64,000 bases of DNA from Camelus ferus (taxonomy: Eukaryota), in assembly GCF_009834535.1 (NCBI RefSeq), contig NC_045696.1:56298001-56362000 (forward strand). The letters are read 5' to 3'. Positions within the stretch are counted from its first letter, which is position 1. Every line of letters begins with the position of its first letter. The position numbers and the translations under genes are program-made. The notes beneath the pieces are model-generated. The model made no database searches. It saw only the letters and a list, made by a program, of their open reading frames with translations, and was not told where the DNA came from. Shown here piece by piece: positions 27,161-39,500 of the stretch.

Positions 27161-27324
27161 TTTGGTTGTTATTGTTTTGGGGGGTTTTTGTTTTGTTTTG
27201 CTTGAGTGGGGATTAGGTTTATTTATTTATTATTATTTTTTAATAGATGTACTGGGGATTGAACGCAGGACCTCGTGCATGATAGGCATGCACTCTACCA
27301 CTGAGCTATATACCCTCTCCCCTT
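27161..27324 (-). mobile_element. tRNA-Ala-derived SINE (vic-1-like) with 14-bp TSD
   Basis: Reverse strand has tatagctcagtggtagag (A box), ggtcctgcgttcaatccccag (B box) and an A-rich tail. TSD cac(c/t)ttctgctttt at 27147-27160 and 27325-27338. Confidence 0.9.
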
Positions 27325-29744
27325 CACTTTCTGCTTTTGCACAAGCTGGTTCGGGAAAACCCTGGATAGATGTAAATTAAATGTCTGTGGAGCTTGCATT
27401 TACTAGACATTCATTCATTTATTCATTCATCCATTCCCTGTCTCTTTACCCTGGCTTATGTATTTTCTACTGCACTTACCACTAGCTGGGAAATAGAATC
27501 TTTTGTTTACTTGTTCACTGTTTCTCCATCTGCTTCATGATAGATGCACAATAAATATTTGTTGAATCAGAATTCATCCTCTCTTGCTCCCTTTCCCTCT
27601 CTCCTTCCATTAATATTTAAGCACCTCTTATGTCTGTTGTGTGCACAGCATTCCATGCTCATCCCCATCAGGACGTAAAGAGGTTCAAAGGATGGCTCTT
27701 GTCTCCAAGGAGTTTGTGATTTCAGGAGAGAGAAGCATGCCCATGTGAGGGGCTGCCTTCCACTGCCAGGCAGAGGGTGAGTGTGTGTGTGCTGGACAGC
27801 TCTTGGATCATTACCATTGCAGAGGGAAGGCACAGTGGGCTGAGATGTGCAGGAAAGGCTCACGGAGGAGGAGGGACCTATGCTTGAGATGAAGAAAGGG
27901 AACATGAGAGTAATCCATCTACCTTCCCTAATACCTGCAGCGATGCTTAGGGAGGAGCAGGATTGGTCTGGGGCAGGACTGGGCAAAACGTAGGGATGGA
28001 GATGATGGCAGAAAGCCCAGGGGCTCTCAACTCTGGCGGCACGTGAAAATCTCTTTGGGAACTTAAAATGCTAATGTCAAGATCTTACCTTGATCTGGGA
28101 TTCCTGGTAACTGCAGGCAGGGCTTCAGAGGAAAGAAATCCTTTTAGGATGTGGATTGACAGCAGTGGCTTCTGGATGCTAGGCCCGGACCACTCTGGCC
28201 CAGTCAGGAGGCTCCTGTAGTTGTGGAGTGACAGGGCTAATTGCTGGAAATAAGACATCTGGCTGCATTCCACTGGGAGGGCCCCCTTTCCCTGAGTGTA
28301 AAAGTGCCTGCTTGTGACATCAGAAGGATGTGTTGACAGATCTGCATCCTGTTCCGATTCTCTACTATATTTTATGGTGGGAACAGTAGCAACTGCAGCA
28401 GAAACAACCCAGTCTCTGCTTTTTTAAGATGCTTCAGCTTCCTGTAGGTGTTCATGGATGGGAAAGATGGAGGGAAGTGGTTTTCATCATCGCAAGTTTT
28501 TGTTTGTTTGTTTTGAGGATATTGGGGGAAACTGGGTCCAGAGTTTTAGGGATCTTACTGCTTGGGTCCTGTTAGCTCAGTTTCTTCCAGCATTATTGGT
28601 AAGGCCCTATCATAATGCTTGGCATATAGTGGACTCTCCACCAATGAGACAGAAGAGATCCTCTGAAATGCTAAACTTCAAGTACAGTCTGCAAGAAATA
28701 CGCTGCCAAATTCCTTTTTTGTTTGCTCAAAATCCACTTGGTACAGACAGAAAGGTAGGAGCAGAGAGAAGAGTTGGTCAGTCTTCTAAATAAGCCTAGA
28801 AATGCTGATTGAGATCTACCTGGCATCAGGCGCTGTGCAGGATACTGTGGACATGCAAGGCTGAATCAGACATGGCTTTTGACCTCCAGTCCCTGATGAT
28901 TTAGTCAGAGAGGCAAGAAGCGAACATGTGAAAAGTTCACAATGAAGGATTTATGTAACAGCTCAAGATAATAAATTCTGAGACCAGTTGGAACTGGTCG
29001 GAGGAAAGAGAAGTCACTGCAGCCTGGGGTGGCTAGAGGGAGAGGGAGGGGAGGTGGGAACAGATGTGAGAGCCTCAGGTGGGCGCTGGTGCGCTCTGGG
29101 TGACACACAGCAAACCCACTTGGCTGGAACAAGGTGGAGAGATTTAGGCAAGCTGAGAATGGGGGAGGGTAGAGCCCCAGAATGGAGGGTCTTGAGCCCC
29201 AAACCATGGTGAGAGTTCATCCTGCAGGAAGTGGGAGCAAGGACAGTCTTTCAGCAAAGCAGGGACCTGAGCTGAAGAGATTCCAGGGCCCTGCCTGAGT
29301 CCCAGCAGAAGCCCCGTGGTCTGCCCTGATTCTAGTCACCACAGGGTCTTCTGGGACCCTTGCCCAGCATCAGCTTTTGTGCCACTTAAAGCGCACGGCA
29401 CTGGAGAAAAAACTTTCAGCTTGGAGGACTGGGTTTGGTCTTTTTAAACAAGGGACTGGCTTGTTTTCATTACCACGTGTGTTTGGCATTGAACTTCCTG
29501 AAGGGGGCGGGAGGGACCAGGTAGTTTTAGAAAGCTTACTTCCAGCCTTCAGGACGCTGTTGTTCAATGACTCAGCAATGGAGGGTTTTGCAACAGGCTT
29601 ACAGAACCAGACCAGCTTGCTGGAAACCTTGGTGTCCTAAGAAAACCTCGGCCTGGGTCCCTGCCCTGCCGGGTTGAAATTCCTTCTGTCTTCTGGTAGC
29701 ACGCCTGCAGCACATGCTCTGGAACCAGCATTGGGGCGTCCAAA

Positions 29745-29935
29745 AAGGGCTTTGGAATCAAGTCAGACTTCAGTTCAAAAGTTGGCTCTGCCTCTAACCG
29801 GTTGTGTGACTTTGGGCTACTGACTTAACCTCTCCCAGTTATAGTTTCCTCATCTGCAAAACAGAAATAATGACTATTTTGCGGGGGTGTTTATAAGCCT
29901 TAAATGAGACAAGGATTAAGTGGCACGTAGTAGGT
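29745..29935 (+). mobile_element. MIR SINE
   Basis: gggctttggaatcaagtcagac...tgtgtgactttggg...agtttcctcatctgcaaaa. Confidence 0.8.
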
Positions 29936-30329
29936 ATCCTATTTTTTTTTCTACTATGAAATGCATAGTATTTCTGTAAAGGAAATTAGTCCTCTTTTGG
30001 CTCTACCCTAAAAAAATCAGATTTCCTGACTTTCAGCTGCACCTTTCTCTAGGCGTGCCCTGATATCTGAGTCCTGCAGGTGGATGTGCTTCCCACAGTA
30101 GATGAGCCTGACCTAGAAGGGGTTCAGGGAGAAAATTCTGTTATCCTAGAAGTAGGCTGAACCAAAAGGCCATCCTCACATTGCCAGACCTATTTAAAAG
30201 ACCCTTCCATCAGAAAAAAAAAAAAATGAACACGAGGAACGGGGATTTTGGTATTAAGCAAGAAAACATAGAGAAGATTTTAAAATATAAAGCTGTGTTT
30301 CCCAAACAACTTTCTAAGACAAACACTTA

Positions 30330-30490
30330 ATATAATGTTTACTATGTACCAGACATAGTTTGAATCAATAATTAATATTACTTCATTTAACCTTCATAAC
30401 CACTGTATGAGGAAGGTGTTATTATCCTAGTTTACAGTTGGGTAAACTGAGCCACAAAGAAGTGATGCAACTTGCTGAAAATCACACAGA
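30330..30490 (-). mobile_element. MIR SINE
   Basis: tttactatgtaccagac...catttaaccttcataac...tttacagttgggtaaactgag. Confidence 0.75.
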
Positions 30491-33433
30491 CACCTGGGTG
30501 ACTTTAAGGCCTGGCATTGCATGGGGGAAAATTATTGTTCAAAAATTAGTGGAGAAGAGAGCCCATCTAAAACGCCTGCTTTTGAGAAAAAGTCCGGGCA
30601 TTATCCCAAAGCATTTAAACTTCAGTGAATCAACATTGTTGCCCATGGTGAGATACCTAAGCCATGCTTCCCAGGTGACCTCAGCTCTTATGAGAAGTCA
30701 TATTAAGTCTAATTGGCAGTGACAGAAAGTTGGAGGGGGAGGTGGTAAGGACTCTGGGGGTCCCCCTTGAGCCAGTTCTGGCAAGGCCACTCTCCTCATT
30801 TCTTTTGACAAACATTTGCTGAGCATCAACCAATGCACCAGGCACAGTGCTGGGTGCTGGGGACACCAAGATAATTACAACAAGTTGTAGGCGCAAGAAG
30901 CCCACAGTCTAGTAGGGAAAGCAGAGAAATGAACCAACAGTTCTATCCACCCTGAAGAAAGGGCTCTGCAAGGGTACCCTTGCCCTTCTTCACGGAAGTG
31001 AGCCCCACTTTCTTTAACTCAGACCACAGCCAACACACTCATTCACAAGAGAGGCAAGGTCCACTGACAAAGCGAAGCAGGATGCCTCCTGCCCCCTGCT
31101 GTCCTCCCTCCTTCACATCTCATCTCTGTTCCCTGGACTTCTTGTCTTCCCTTTTTTTTCTGCTCTTTTGCTTTTCTCTTAGTCACCTGCAGACCTTTCC
31201 AGGGCTTCTCCAAAGCTTTTATTCTCTGAGCCCACATGTCATACTAGTATATTTAGACATCCGAAGGTAAGCCAAAGAATGAAAAGGGTTGGGAAAACAC
31301 TGACCTACATCTTGTCAAGCTTGTAACAGGTCATTTTGCCTCATGGCACTAGCATTTCCTGTCTCTTTGTGACCTCGGTAGTGAACTGAGTATCCTGAGA
31401 TGTTCCCTTACTCAAATGCAGTCTAGCTGCGGATGCTATGATCAGGAACATGTCAGGGAGAATGAGATCAGACTGGGTACCAGTGGTGGGAAAGAGCAAA
31501 GTTTGAAGACAAAGAGTAATCTCTCCTGTTTTCAGCCCTAAAGATGCCGTCTCTGCCTTAGACCTTCCTTAACAAAACCCAGACGCTGTTACTGGGAAAA
31601 GTGCAGCAGCCAGAGGGAACAGGGAAACTGTTTTACTTGGGGCTCTGAGAAGGGGGGCTCAGGGAGGTGATGGTGAGAAAGATGAACAGACCACTCTCCT
31701 GCTAATACAACTGCTTGTTGCTTAGTTACAAGCCTGTGAGGAAAGCATCTTTAAGAGATCTTTATCACAATAACTTTCTTGCTTCTCTTCCATTAACTCT
31801 ATCGCTTACCTCACTTCCCTCTAAGAGACTTAAAGTACTGTCATTTTCAGATTTCAGTTCCTTCTGGATCTTTCAGTGATGTTGTTTCTTACTCTTAAGG
31901 CAGTGGAAGGCACTGGAAGGCAGTGAAGCCAGACGGCTCTGCCGCCCTTTCTGCTGCACCGCTAGCTCCATTATAGGTTCTTTGCCTTCCTTTGTTTCCT
32001 TGCTTTCCTTTGTTTCATCCACTTATTGGCCCAGAAATCCATCCATCAAATATTTATTGGGCTCATACTTTGTACAAGGCTCTCTGATGGCTACCCTAGA
32101 GGATACAAAGATGCAGAAGACACATTCAACGCTTTCAGGAACTTGTAATCTGTGGAGACACATCTGAAAATAATAAAATAAATACAGGTACAGAAGAGAT
32201 TCTGTGCAACTTGCATTGACTTTTCTCTTTATCATTTAGAAGTGATATGGTTTGTTAAAAACATGCCTCCCACATCTGATGCTCTTTTCTCCTCTACAAG
32301 CTCTGGGGAGGCCAAGTTGACCCTTTAAGGAAAGAGAGTTTGACTCAGGCCAGGGGAGAGGGACAGATTTTGGGATCAGGATGTACACATCCAATCCAAG
32401 ATTTCAGTCAGCAGAGCAACAACACATAGATGGGTAAGAAGCAGGCCAGGCTCCACGCCAGACCTTAAGACAGGCATAGCCCGGACGGCGGCAGCAGAGG
32501 CAATGTTTACTTCTCCAGGGTTTCCTTGCATAACAAGTAAGAGCAGGCCAGAAGTCATGGCACACTCACCCCTTCAAGGATTTCTTCGCTGGATCAGGTG
32601 GCCTTGGGTAAAAGATTTAGGGAAAGAGCTTGTGAGGAGTAGGCGTGGAGATGGCGCAGAGTAAACAGTAGAGCTGGAGACAGTATTTTAGGGTAGGCCG
32701 TTGTCGTGTTTGGTACATAGTTTTCAAACCGAATGATAAATAAGGAAAAGGCAGGATAGATTCTCCATTTTTTCAACCAAGTCTAGCAAGGGTTACAAAG
32801 TCAAATGGACACAGACGCCTCCATACAACTAAGTTTGAAACATGGACCCCCAAATATCTTTCTTTATTTAATTAAGAGATGTCAATTTTGTTTGGAGGAT
32901 GTTCAGAAAGAGCTGAAAGAGAATGCATGCTTTCCCTGAGCCTTGGAGGATGAGTAATTCACAAGGTGCACAAAGAGGGAAAAGAAATTTTATCTAGAAA
33001 TTCTAGATAGAAGAGGGCTGGAGATGTGGAAGGGCTGGGATACGGGACCTGAGGCTATAGGAGCAGAGAGAGTGAGAGGCTACAAGGACTGCCAGGTTTA
33101 GAGGCTGCATATTTCACGCTGATGAACAGTAGGCTGCTTGTGGTGACATACTGGGAGGAAAGGAGGTGGTGAAGCCCAACCACAGGACCTCCTCTTCTGG
33201 AGGAAGAGTCGAGGGTCTCCAGAGTTTCCTCTGCCCGCTGGGGCAGGTGTTTCTGGGATAGGAGGCTGCACAGGGAGACCACAGAAGAATCTGTCATGAA
33301 TGGCAGTTTGGTAGAAGGGTCAGCAAGCAGCAACTCTAATGGCCGCTGCGTCTCCACCCCTTTGGGTGGCTCAGTCTTCTCTATGCCCTGAAACTACAGT
33401 TTCTGAAGAGACTTTGCCTTGGGAGCCATTTCT

Positions 33434-33439
33434 TTTATT
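33434..33439 (-). terminator. GPR156: Candidate GPR156 polyadenylation signal AATAAA, implying a 3' UTR of about 1.75 kb
   Basis: First minus-strand AATAAA (tttatt on +) that I found downstream of the stop codon; no transcript evidence. Confidence 0.55.
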
Positions 33440-34079
33440 AAGGAATCTCTTGGATAGCATACAAACAGCACAAGCAGAAACTCCAAACCCACACACTGAA
33501 TAAATTATGATATTTGTGTTTAAAAGTCGACAACAGAAGAAGCTGTGTTACTAGGAGGGCCTCCCGGTCTGGTGTCTGGAGATTCATAAGGTGTCAGCAG
33601 CCACCGGGAGTCCATGACACATCTTCTGTGAGACGTTTAGAGCCAAATGCCCCCTTCCAGACATATCTAAGGAGGCCCAAACTCGTGCACACAAACATGT
33701 GCACACGCAGATGCACACCCAGGTTGGGGCAGGGAATAGCCTGTAAACAACAACAGCTCAGCAACAAGTGCAGTGGCCCCAGCTGTGTCTTCCCTGTGGC
33801 TCTGGCAGCAGAGGAGACCCTGGCACTTAGCTTTCACTGACTCACTGGCTCCCGTCGGGGGTCCAGCGGGCCCCTGAGGCCATGGGGCAGCAGGGGCTGC
33901 CTCCTGAGGTGAGGAGCCCCGTTTTGTTCTCCTGGACTGCACAGTGAGCACAGGGCAGCTTCCCACACTACCCTGGCTTTCTGGTCTGGCCTGCCACCCT
34001 CAGAACAATGAATAGATGCGGCCCAGGGAAGTTGACCCACGTGGAGTCCACGAGCTGTGGGGCAAGCCCCCCTGGGGCC

Positions 34080-34250
34080 ACTCCACTCTCCAGCGGTGTG
34101 ATGTTGGGGAAGCCACCTCAGGTCTCAAAAAGCCTCATACTCTTATCTGTAAAAATGGGAATGCGAGTGTCCACTTCAAGGGATTATTGTAAGGAACTGC
34201 TGATTTTTGGTATTTCCAAGTACCGTGCCAGACTCGAGGTAAACGTTCAA
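34080..34250 (+). mobile_element. MIR SINE within the predicted GPR156 3' UTR (antisense to the gene)
   Basis: gcggtgtgatgttggggaagccac...ttatctgtaaaaatgggaat...agggattattgtaagg. Confidence 0.65.
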
Positions 34251-35198
34251 AACCTGTTTTCTTTCCTACCTTCTCCCCCATTTCTTCCTTTCTGTTTCCC
34301 TACTTTCTATTTCCAGGTTTGTGTAGCCATCGGTGGTCACGTGGTCCCAAGGGCACTCAAAGCATCCCTCGACTAACAGGGCTTCACCTACCTCAGCAGA
34401 GATTGCCAGTGTGTGCGTCCCCTACTGCAAAACCACACCACTAGCAGAGTTCAAGGGGTGGGGCTCAGGTGCCATCCGAGTCCCGGAGAGAGATCTGGGC
34501 AGCCTGTGGCCCAGTGGACACCTGACTGCCTCAGGGACAATGGTGAGGCACCATAATGCTGTAAAGACATGAACACCAAACAGAGGTGGAGAGGTGGCTC
34601 TGAGCTGAGTCTAGCCAGAAGCTGGAACCTGGGGGTGGTGCTGTTCACCAACTTGAACAGAAATAAAACCACCCCTAGCCAAGAGTGGGATACCTAAGGA
34701 CGGAGGAGACTTATCTTCCTAGCAGGTCTGCCACCAAAAAGCCAGGTGGACGCAACCAACACAGTCCACAGCTCTGGTTCTGCAGAAGTTTTCCTTCCAT
34801 TTCTCCATCTGTCTGTCTACCAGCCATTCATCTGGTATATATGAAAACTTTTGTAGATCACAGGCTCCTCAGGACAGAAATCCCCCTGGGCTCATTTAGC
34901 ACCTTTTATCCAAAGGGTATCTTTTATGGGCACTCAACTGGAGTTTTTTATGGGAATGCTGTGAGGTAGTAACAAGACAGGCGATACCCCTCTTTTTATA
35001 GATCAAGAAGTGCTCAAGGTAACACACTGCTCAGGCGAGCACAGCTGAGACATGGGGAGGGCTGGTCAAACGCATGGCACTGGTCTAGTCCCCGAAGGCC
35101 AGAACTGGCCTTCCCTTTGTAGGCCATGGTGCAGCTTGTCCTGGACAAACCTCTACATCCAGACTTGCTCTGCTGTTCACACCAGTGTGGGTTTCAAG

Positions 35199-36527
35199 TC
35201 ACCTTTGAAGTTCACGATAGGCTTTGAGCGGGCCCACAGCTTTTCCCAGGAAGCCACTCCCCACTGCAGGCTCAGGGTCGGTGTCTGAGGAGTCGCTGCC
35301 ACTGGAATCAGAGGAGCTTTGGAAGCAGATTTCACAGTAGGGCCGGTGGCAGCGGCAGAAGAGCTCGTCTGAGCTGCTGGATTCTGTGTCAAGGTAGCTG
35401 CATGGAGAAGACAGGGAGGGGCAGCCTGGAGACCCCGGGGACTGCAGCTGCCGCTGCTCAGGCAGGTCTGCTGGGGCTCTGGACAGGTTGGGAGCAGTGG
35501 GACAGATTGCCCGGCCAGAACCAGAAGGCCGGTAAGGAAAGGTTGCGCGGCTCCCTTGGGCTCCCTGGGGCTCTGTCTGTTGTTGTTTGCTGCCCTCCAG
35601 GGAGCCTGACTTGCCTTGAGGATCTGGGAGTAGTAAAGGCTTCCCAGAAGAGGGTCTTGGTACCCTGGAATCAGCAGTTTGGGGGTCCAGGCAGGGGCTG
35701 TCCCTGTCCTGCACGTTGAGCCCACGGTGCGCCCCAGAAACAGTTCTATTTACCTGACGGCCCCCATACAAGGGTACAGAGCCTGGAAAGTGCGAACGAG
35801 CCCGCAGTGCTGCCCTCCTTCTCCTCACCAGGTGGGGGCTGAAGCCCAGCTCCTCAGAGAGGGGCGTCTTCTGGGGGCTGTGGGCAGCGCTGCTCTTCCA
35901 TGGCTGCCCTGGACAGGACAGAGGAGGGCCAAGGGCAGCCTCAGGGCCCAGGCCCAGATCTTGCAGTACTTCCTGAAGCTTCTCCCTGATCACTGCATTG
36001 ACCCTTGACCGTCGCTCTTGGGGCTCCTCTGAGTTCCCCAGCTGCCCCTGCCTCTGGGGAACAGAGCCTTCTCCACTTGGTATGAGGCTCTGGTGGAGGG
36101 CCACAGGGACCTGGTCTCTCTCTTCTGCACCCTGACTTTGCTCAGCCCACAGCTTCTGGTTGCAGCCCAAATTGAAATGACCAGAAAAGTCTTTCAAGTC
36201 AGAAATTTTCTCTTTCTGCTCTGAGGAGGGGCTGGCATCCTTCCTAGGCCCCTTGAGGTTCTGTACACTGGAGGAAGGCCCTGAGACACTCTGGGAGTCC
36301 CGGGTGGCTGCACGGGTATCGTTCTGAGATTCAGAGAGGTATTCGGAAGGCCCTTGAGCTGCCAGGCTGTGGGCAGAGGCCGCGGCCAGGACATCTGTGC
36401 TGTGGGAAGAGGCAGGAGGGACAGCCCCCTCTGGAGGGTCATAGGCGCACTCAGCTGACATCAGCCTCATCAGTTTCTCTTTGGCGTTGTTTACTTGTTC
36501 CTGCAGGCTTTCAATCACAGCATTTTT
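35199..36527 (-). CDS. GPR156: GPR156 terminal coding exon (coiled coil KNAVIESLQEQVNNAKEKLMRL, long Ser/Pro-rich tail, CRCHRPYCEIC). As written it stops at 35199; the canonical end ...KPTLV* at 35177 is in another frame.
   Basis: ORF 35199..36518 (439 aa) plus acceptor tttcacAG at 36529-36528. The conserved ASWEKLWARSKPIVNFKGDLKPTLV appears in ORF 35177..35725. Confidence 0.95.
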   Translation of the reverse strand, partial: KNAVIESLQEQVNNAKEKLMRLMSAECAYDPPEGAVPPASSHSTDVLAAASAHSLAAQGPSEYLSESQNDTRAATRDSQSVSGPSSSVQNLKGPRKDASPSSEQKEKISDLKDFSGHFNLGCNQKLWAEQSQGAEERDQVPVALHQSLIPSGEGSVPQRQGQLGNSEEPQERRSRVNAVIREKLQEVLQDLGLGPEAALGPPLSCPGQPWKSSAAHSPQKTPLSEELGFSPHLVRRRRAALRARSHFPGSVPLYGGRQVNRTVSGAHRGLNVQDRDSPCLDPQTADSRVPRPSSGKPLLLPDPQGKSGSLEGSKQQQTEPQGAQGSRATFPYRPSGSGRAICPTAPNLSRAPADLPEQRQLQSPGSPGCPSLSSPCSYLDTESSSSDELFCRCHRPYCEICFQSSSDSSGSDSSDTDPEPAVGSGFLGKAVGPLKAYRELQR

Positions 36528-39500
36528 CTGTGAAACAAAAGCAAAACCATCAACAAAAGATGCTGCTGAGGGTTTTCACACTATGTCCTAAGGTGGAGAA
36601 AGCGTGGCATTGGAGGACCTTGATTTAAATCTCAGCTTCTCTGCGTATTAGCTGGTGATCTCAGGCTCTGAGGAGGGACCCCCATGAGTGAGATGAGTTG
36701 ATGCACATAAAGTGATTAGCATGACAATGGACTATGGTGCTCAATAAAGATTAACCTTGATTTACTGTTGTTGTACGATCTTAATCCCCGCGTTGTCCCC
36801 AGGCTGTGGCACTGTCTGTGAGAAGGGAGGATGGGGCACAGTCTAAGTCTAGCTGCCTGCTGGCTGCTGCAGCGCCCTCTCAACTTTCTTCAGAATTGAG
36901 GGGGTCAGGTCACTCTGCAGGACACAGTCTGAATAATGTTTGGGATGGCCCAACTCTGGGGATATCACACTTTTGCAAAATACAGATGACCTTGAGGCAC
37001 CACTCAAGGAGATGAATGAATGGGAAAACAAGAATTTTGCCTCTTGCTAGACAGCCTAGAAAATGGGAAGAACAGGGAGAAGGATGGAGATTCCTGGGTC
37101 AAAGTGACAAGATTGGAGCCAAGAGCCAATGAGAATCTCAGGCTGATATTTTCACCTCTTCTGGCTGGAACCTAGGGGTGGGGGGCTGAAGCTATCATGT
37201 GGCACTATCAGCTGTCAATATCTCCCAAAGAAGAAATTGTATCAAAATTATTGGAGAAGCTTAAAAAAATAGGATTACCGGGAGTAGGTCCCTGATAACT
37301 TGATTCAATAGAACTAGAAGGGAGCCCAGAAGATAAATGAGGCTGGGGCAGTTCTGCCAGGAGCTGCCTACCTGCTGCAAGGCTGTTAGTTGATAAATAA
37401 GCTGTGCCTGGGATGCTGGCAGACGACAGCTACAGAGATGTGCCTGTTGTAACTCTGAGACCTTGGGACATGAAGTAGGAGGAAGAGTTAGTGGCAGTGG
37501 GTGTGCCCTGAGAATCCTCTGGTGGTACAGTAGTGACTGTCTAGCTCAGGCCTTGTGTCCATCTTCTGAAATTATGGATATTCAAAGGTAATGGAGCAGC
37601 AAAGAAATTCTCATGGGGAACTGATGGTCTTGGTTCAGATAACATGAGGTCGAGGGTTTGGAGGAGATAATTAAACAAGCGCTATGTTCCAGGAAGTCCT
37701 TGTCCCAATACCAAAATGCTGCCTCTTTGTTGCCATCGTCTTTAGAAGCTGAGGATGAGCATCTGGACATCCATTTTTTATACCCTAGAATAAAAGGATG
37801 TTTCCCCTCTTTAGGATACCTGACACAAGTTGCCTGCGGACTGAACCTGTGGTTTCTTCTCAGGTAGATACGGACAAGTTCCCCAGAAGCGACCCTTCGA
37901 GGGAGCCGTAAAGTAAGTAAACAAGCCCCGTAATAGTCTTCTGGCAGCAACGCCAAGGCAGCTCTACTGCTCCGTGTTTCTAAGCAGGAAGGTGATTTTT
38001 CTGATTATTGGTACTCCCAGTTCAACCTGGTTTAGTCTACTTCTTTTATCATCAGGAAGGAGTCCCAGACCAGTGAGTAACTGGTGAATAAGCGGAAGGG
38101 ACCTGCAGCTGAGCATCTGCCCGCATTCTCCCTTCTCAGCCACAGGGCAGCAAGGGCTGGGCGTTGTTGGGGAAGTGCAGTGACTCAAGGGCTCACGAGG
38201 AGCAGAGGGGATGAGTAACGGAGACATTCGCTCAGGCTTTTCATATCTGAGTGGTACCAGGTATCTCTCTGAGGGTCTCACAGGGCTGGCTGTGCTGGCT
38301 GCACTGGAGGGACCCCCAGCCCTCTTCCTTCTCATGAAGCCATCAGCTGATGACAGCTACCCCGGCAACTGAACCCTGAGTGCTGCCTTTTTGTGCTGTG
38401 TCCACAAGTTCCTTTGAGTGTAGGAAAACTGTAGAAACACTGAGTTGGGAAGAATATTCTTTTCCCCGCACACCAAGCTGGCTGGTGACAGTTTTAGGAA
38501 CATCAGCCTCATCAGTAAATCTCCCTTCTTCGAGAAAAGAAAGTGGGGCTCTGTTTGCACCGTGGCTGTGTACTAATCAGAGGCATGGTGTGTGAGGCAC
38601 TGCCATCCTGAGCCCCAAATCTGACCAAACGTGGCAGCTGCATTTAAATGAGCTTCTTAACGATTATTTTGGGCACATCCAGGGAAGCAAAGCATCCACA
38701 GGCATGTTTTATAAGGTGCAGGCCACGGGGAGAAAACAGAATCTCTTGTTTCTATGTTTCAAAGTAATAGGTGAGTTTCCTCTGCTGCAGAGTGTCGAAG
38801 GGAGGTTCTTCAAGCTCTGGGAAGGTTCTAGCTGCTGGCCTCCAAACAGCCTGGGAAGTCAGGGACGGATGCTGCCCCATAAGGCCTCCGGGGACCCCTG
38901 CCTTAAGGCAAGGGAGGCAAGAATAGGATGGACCGCCCAGATCATGGGAAAGTAGAGGAGGACACCAGGGTGACAGAGGGGCTGTGGAGGACGGAAGAGC
39001 AGCTGAGATGTTGGACTCAGGGTTTGTGCACATGTGGAGTCAGGGGAGATACTTTATCCACTGGCGGTGCTGAAGCTGGGACCTCTCTTGACCTGCCACA
39101 GCATCCTGGGATGGGCTGCTGGCTCTCAGGCTTGTTCTGGGAAGGATGCTCCAGGTGTGGGGTGTCGGGGGCAGGAGGTCAGCACTTCACTGAGTATGCA
39201 TCTGCTCCCTGTTAGGGCCCTTCCCCTGCAGACTCAAGGCATCTTTCTGGATAGAGCAGATTCAGTCACTGCGTGGGAAGCAGGGTAGCATGGCAGAAGC
39301 ACATGAAGCACGTCACAAATTACTATGAGGCTGAAGAGTCAGGCCACTTGGCTGTTCCAACACCAGCGGGTTGTGAATGAAACCCATTCTGGGTGTCCTT
39401 GCCAAGTTTCTGGCCTTCTGTTTAGCTAAAAAAGAACGCTTCTTTGAAGACTTCACAGACTATCAAAGGCAACACTACTCCTTTGCCAGGTGGGAAGAAA

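Noticed and set aside
31898..31928. Short tandem repeat (aaggca(g/c)tgg)x3; also a 12-bp duplication near 25148-25171
   Set aside because: Simple slippage duplications with no spacers; not CRISPR-like or otherwise structured.
35177..35725. 182-aa minus-strand ORF as a separate overlapping gene
   Set aside because: It is an alternative frame of the GC-rich GPR156 exon; only its last 26 residues are meaningful (the displaced C-terminus).
37582..38335. Two consecutive minus-strand ORFs of about 124 aa in the last intron
   Set aside because: They are in different frames, show no recognisable homology, and the flanking GPR156 exons already join in frame without them.
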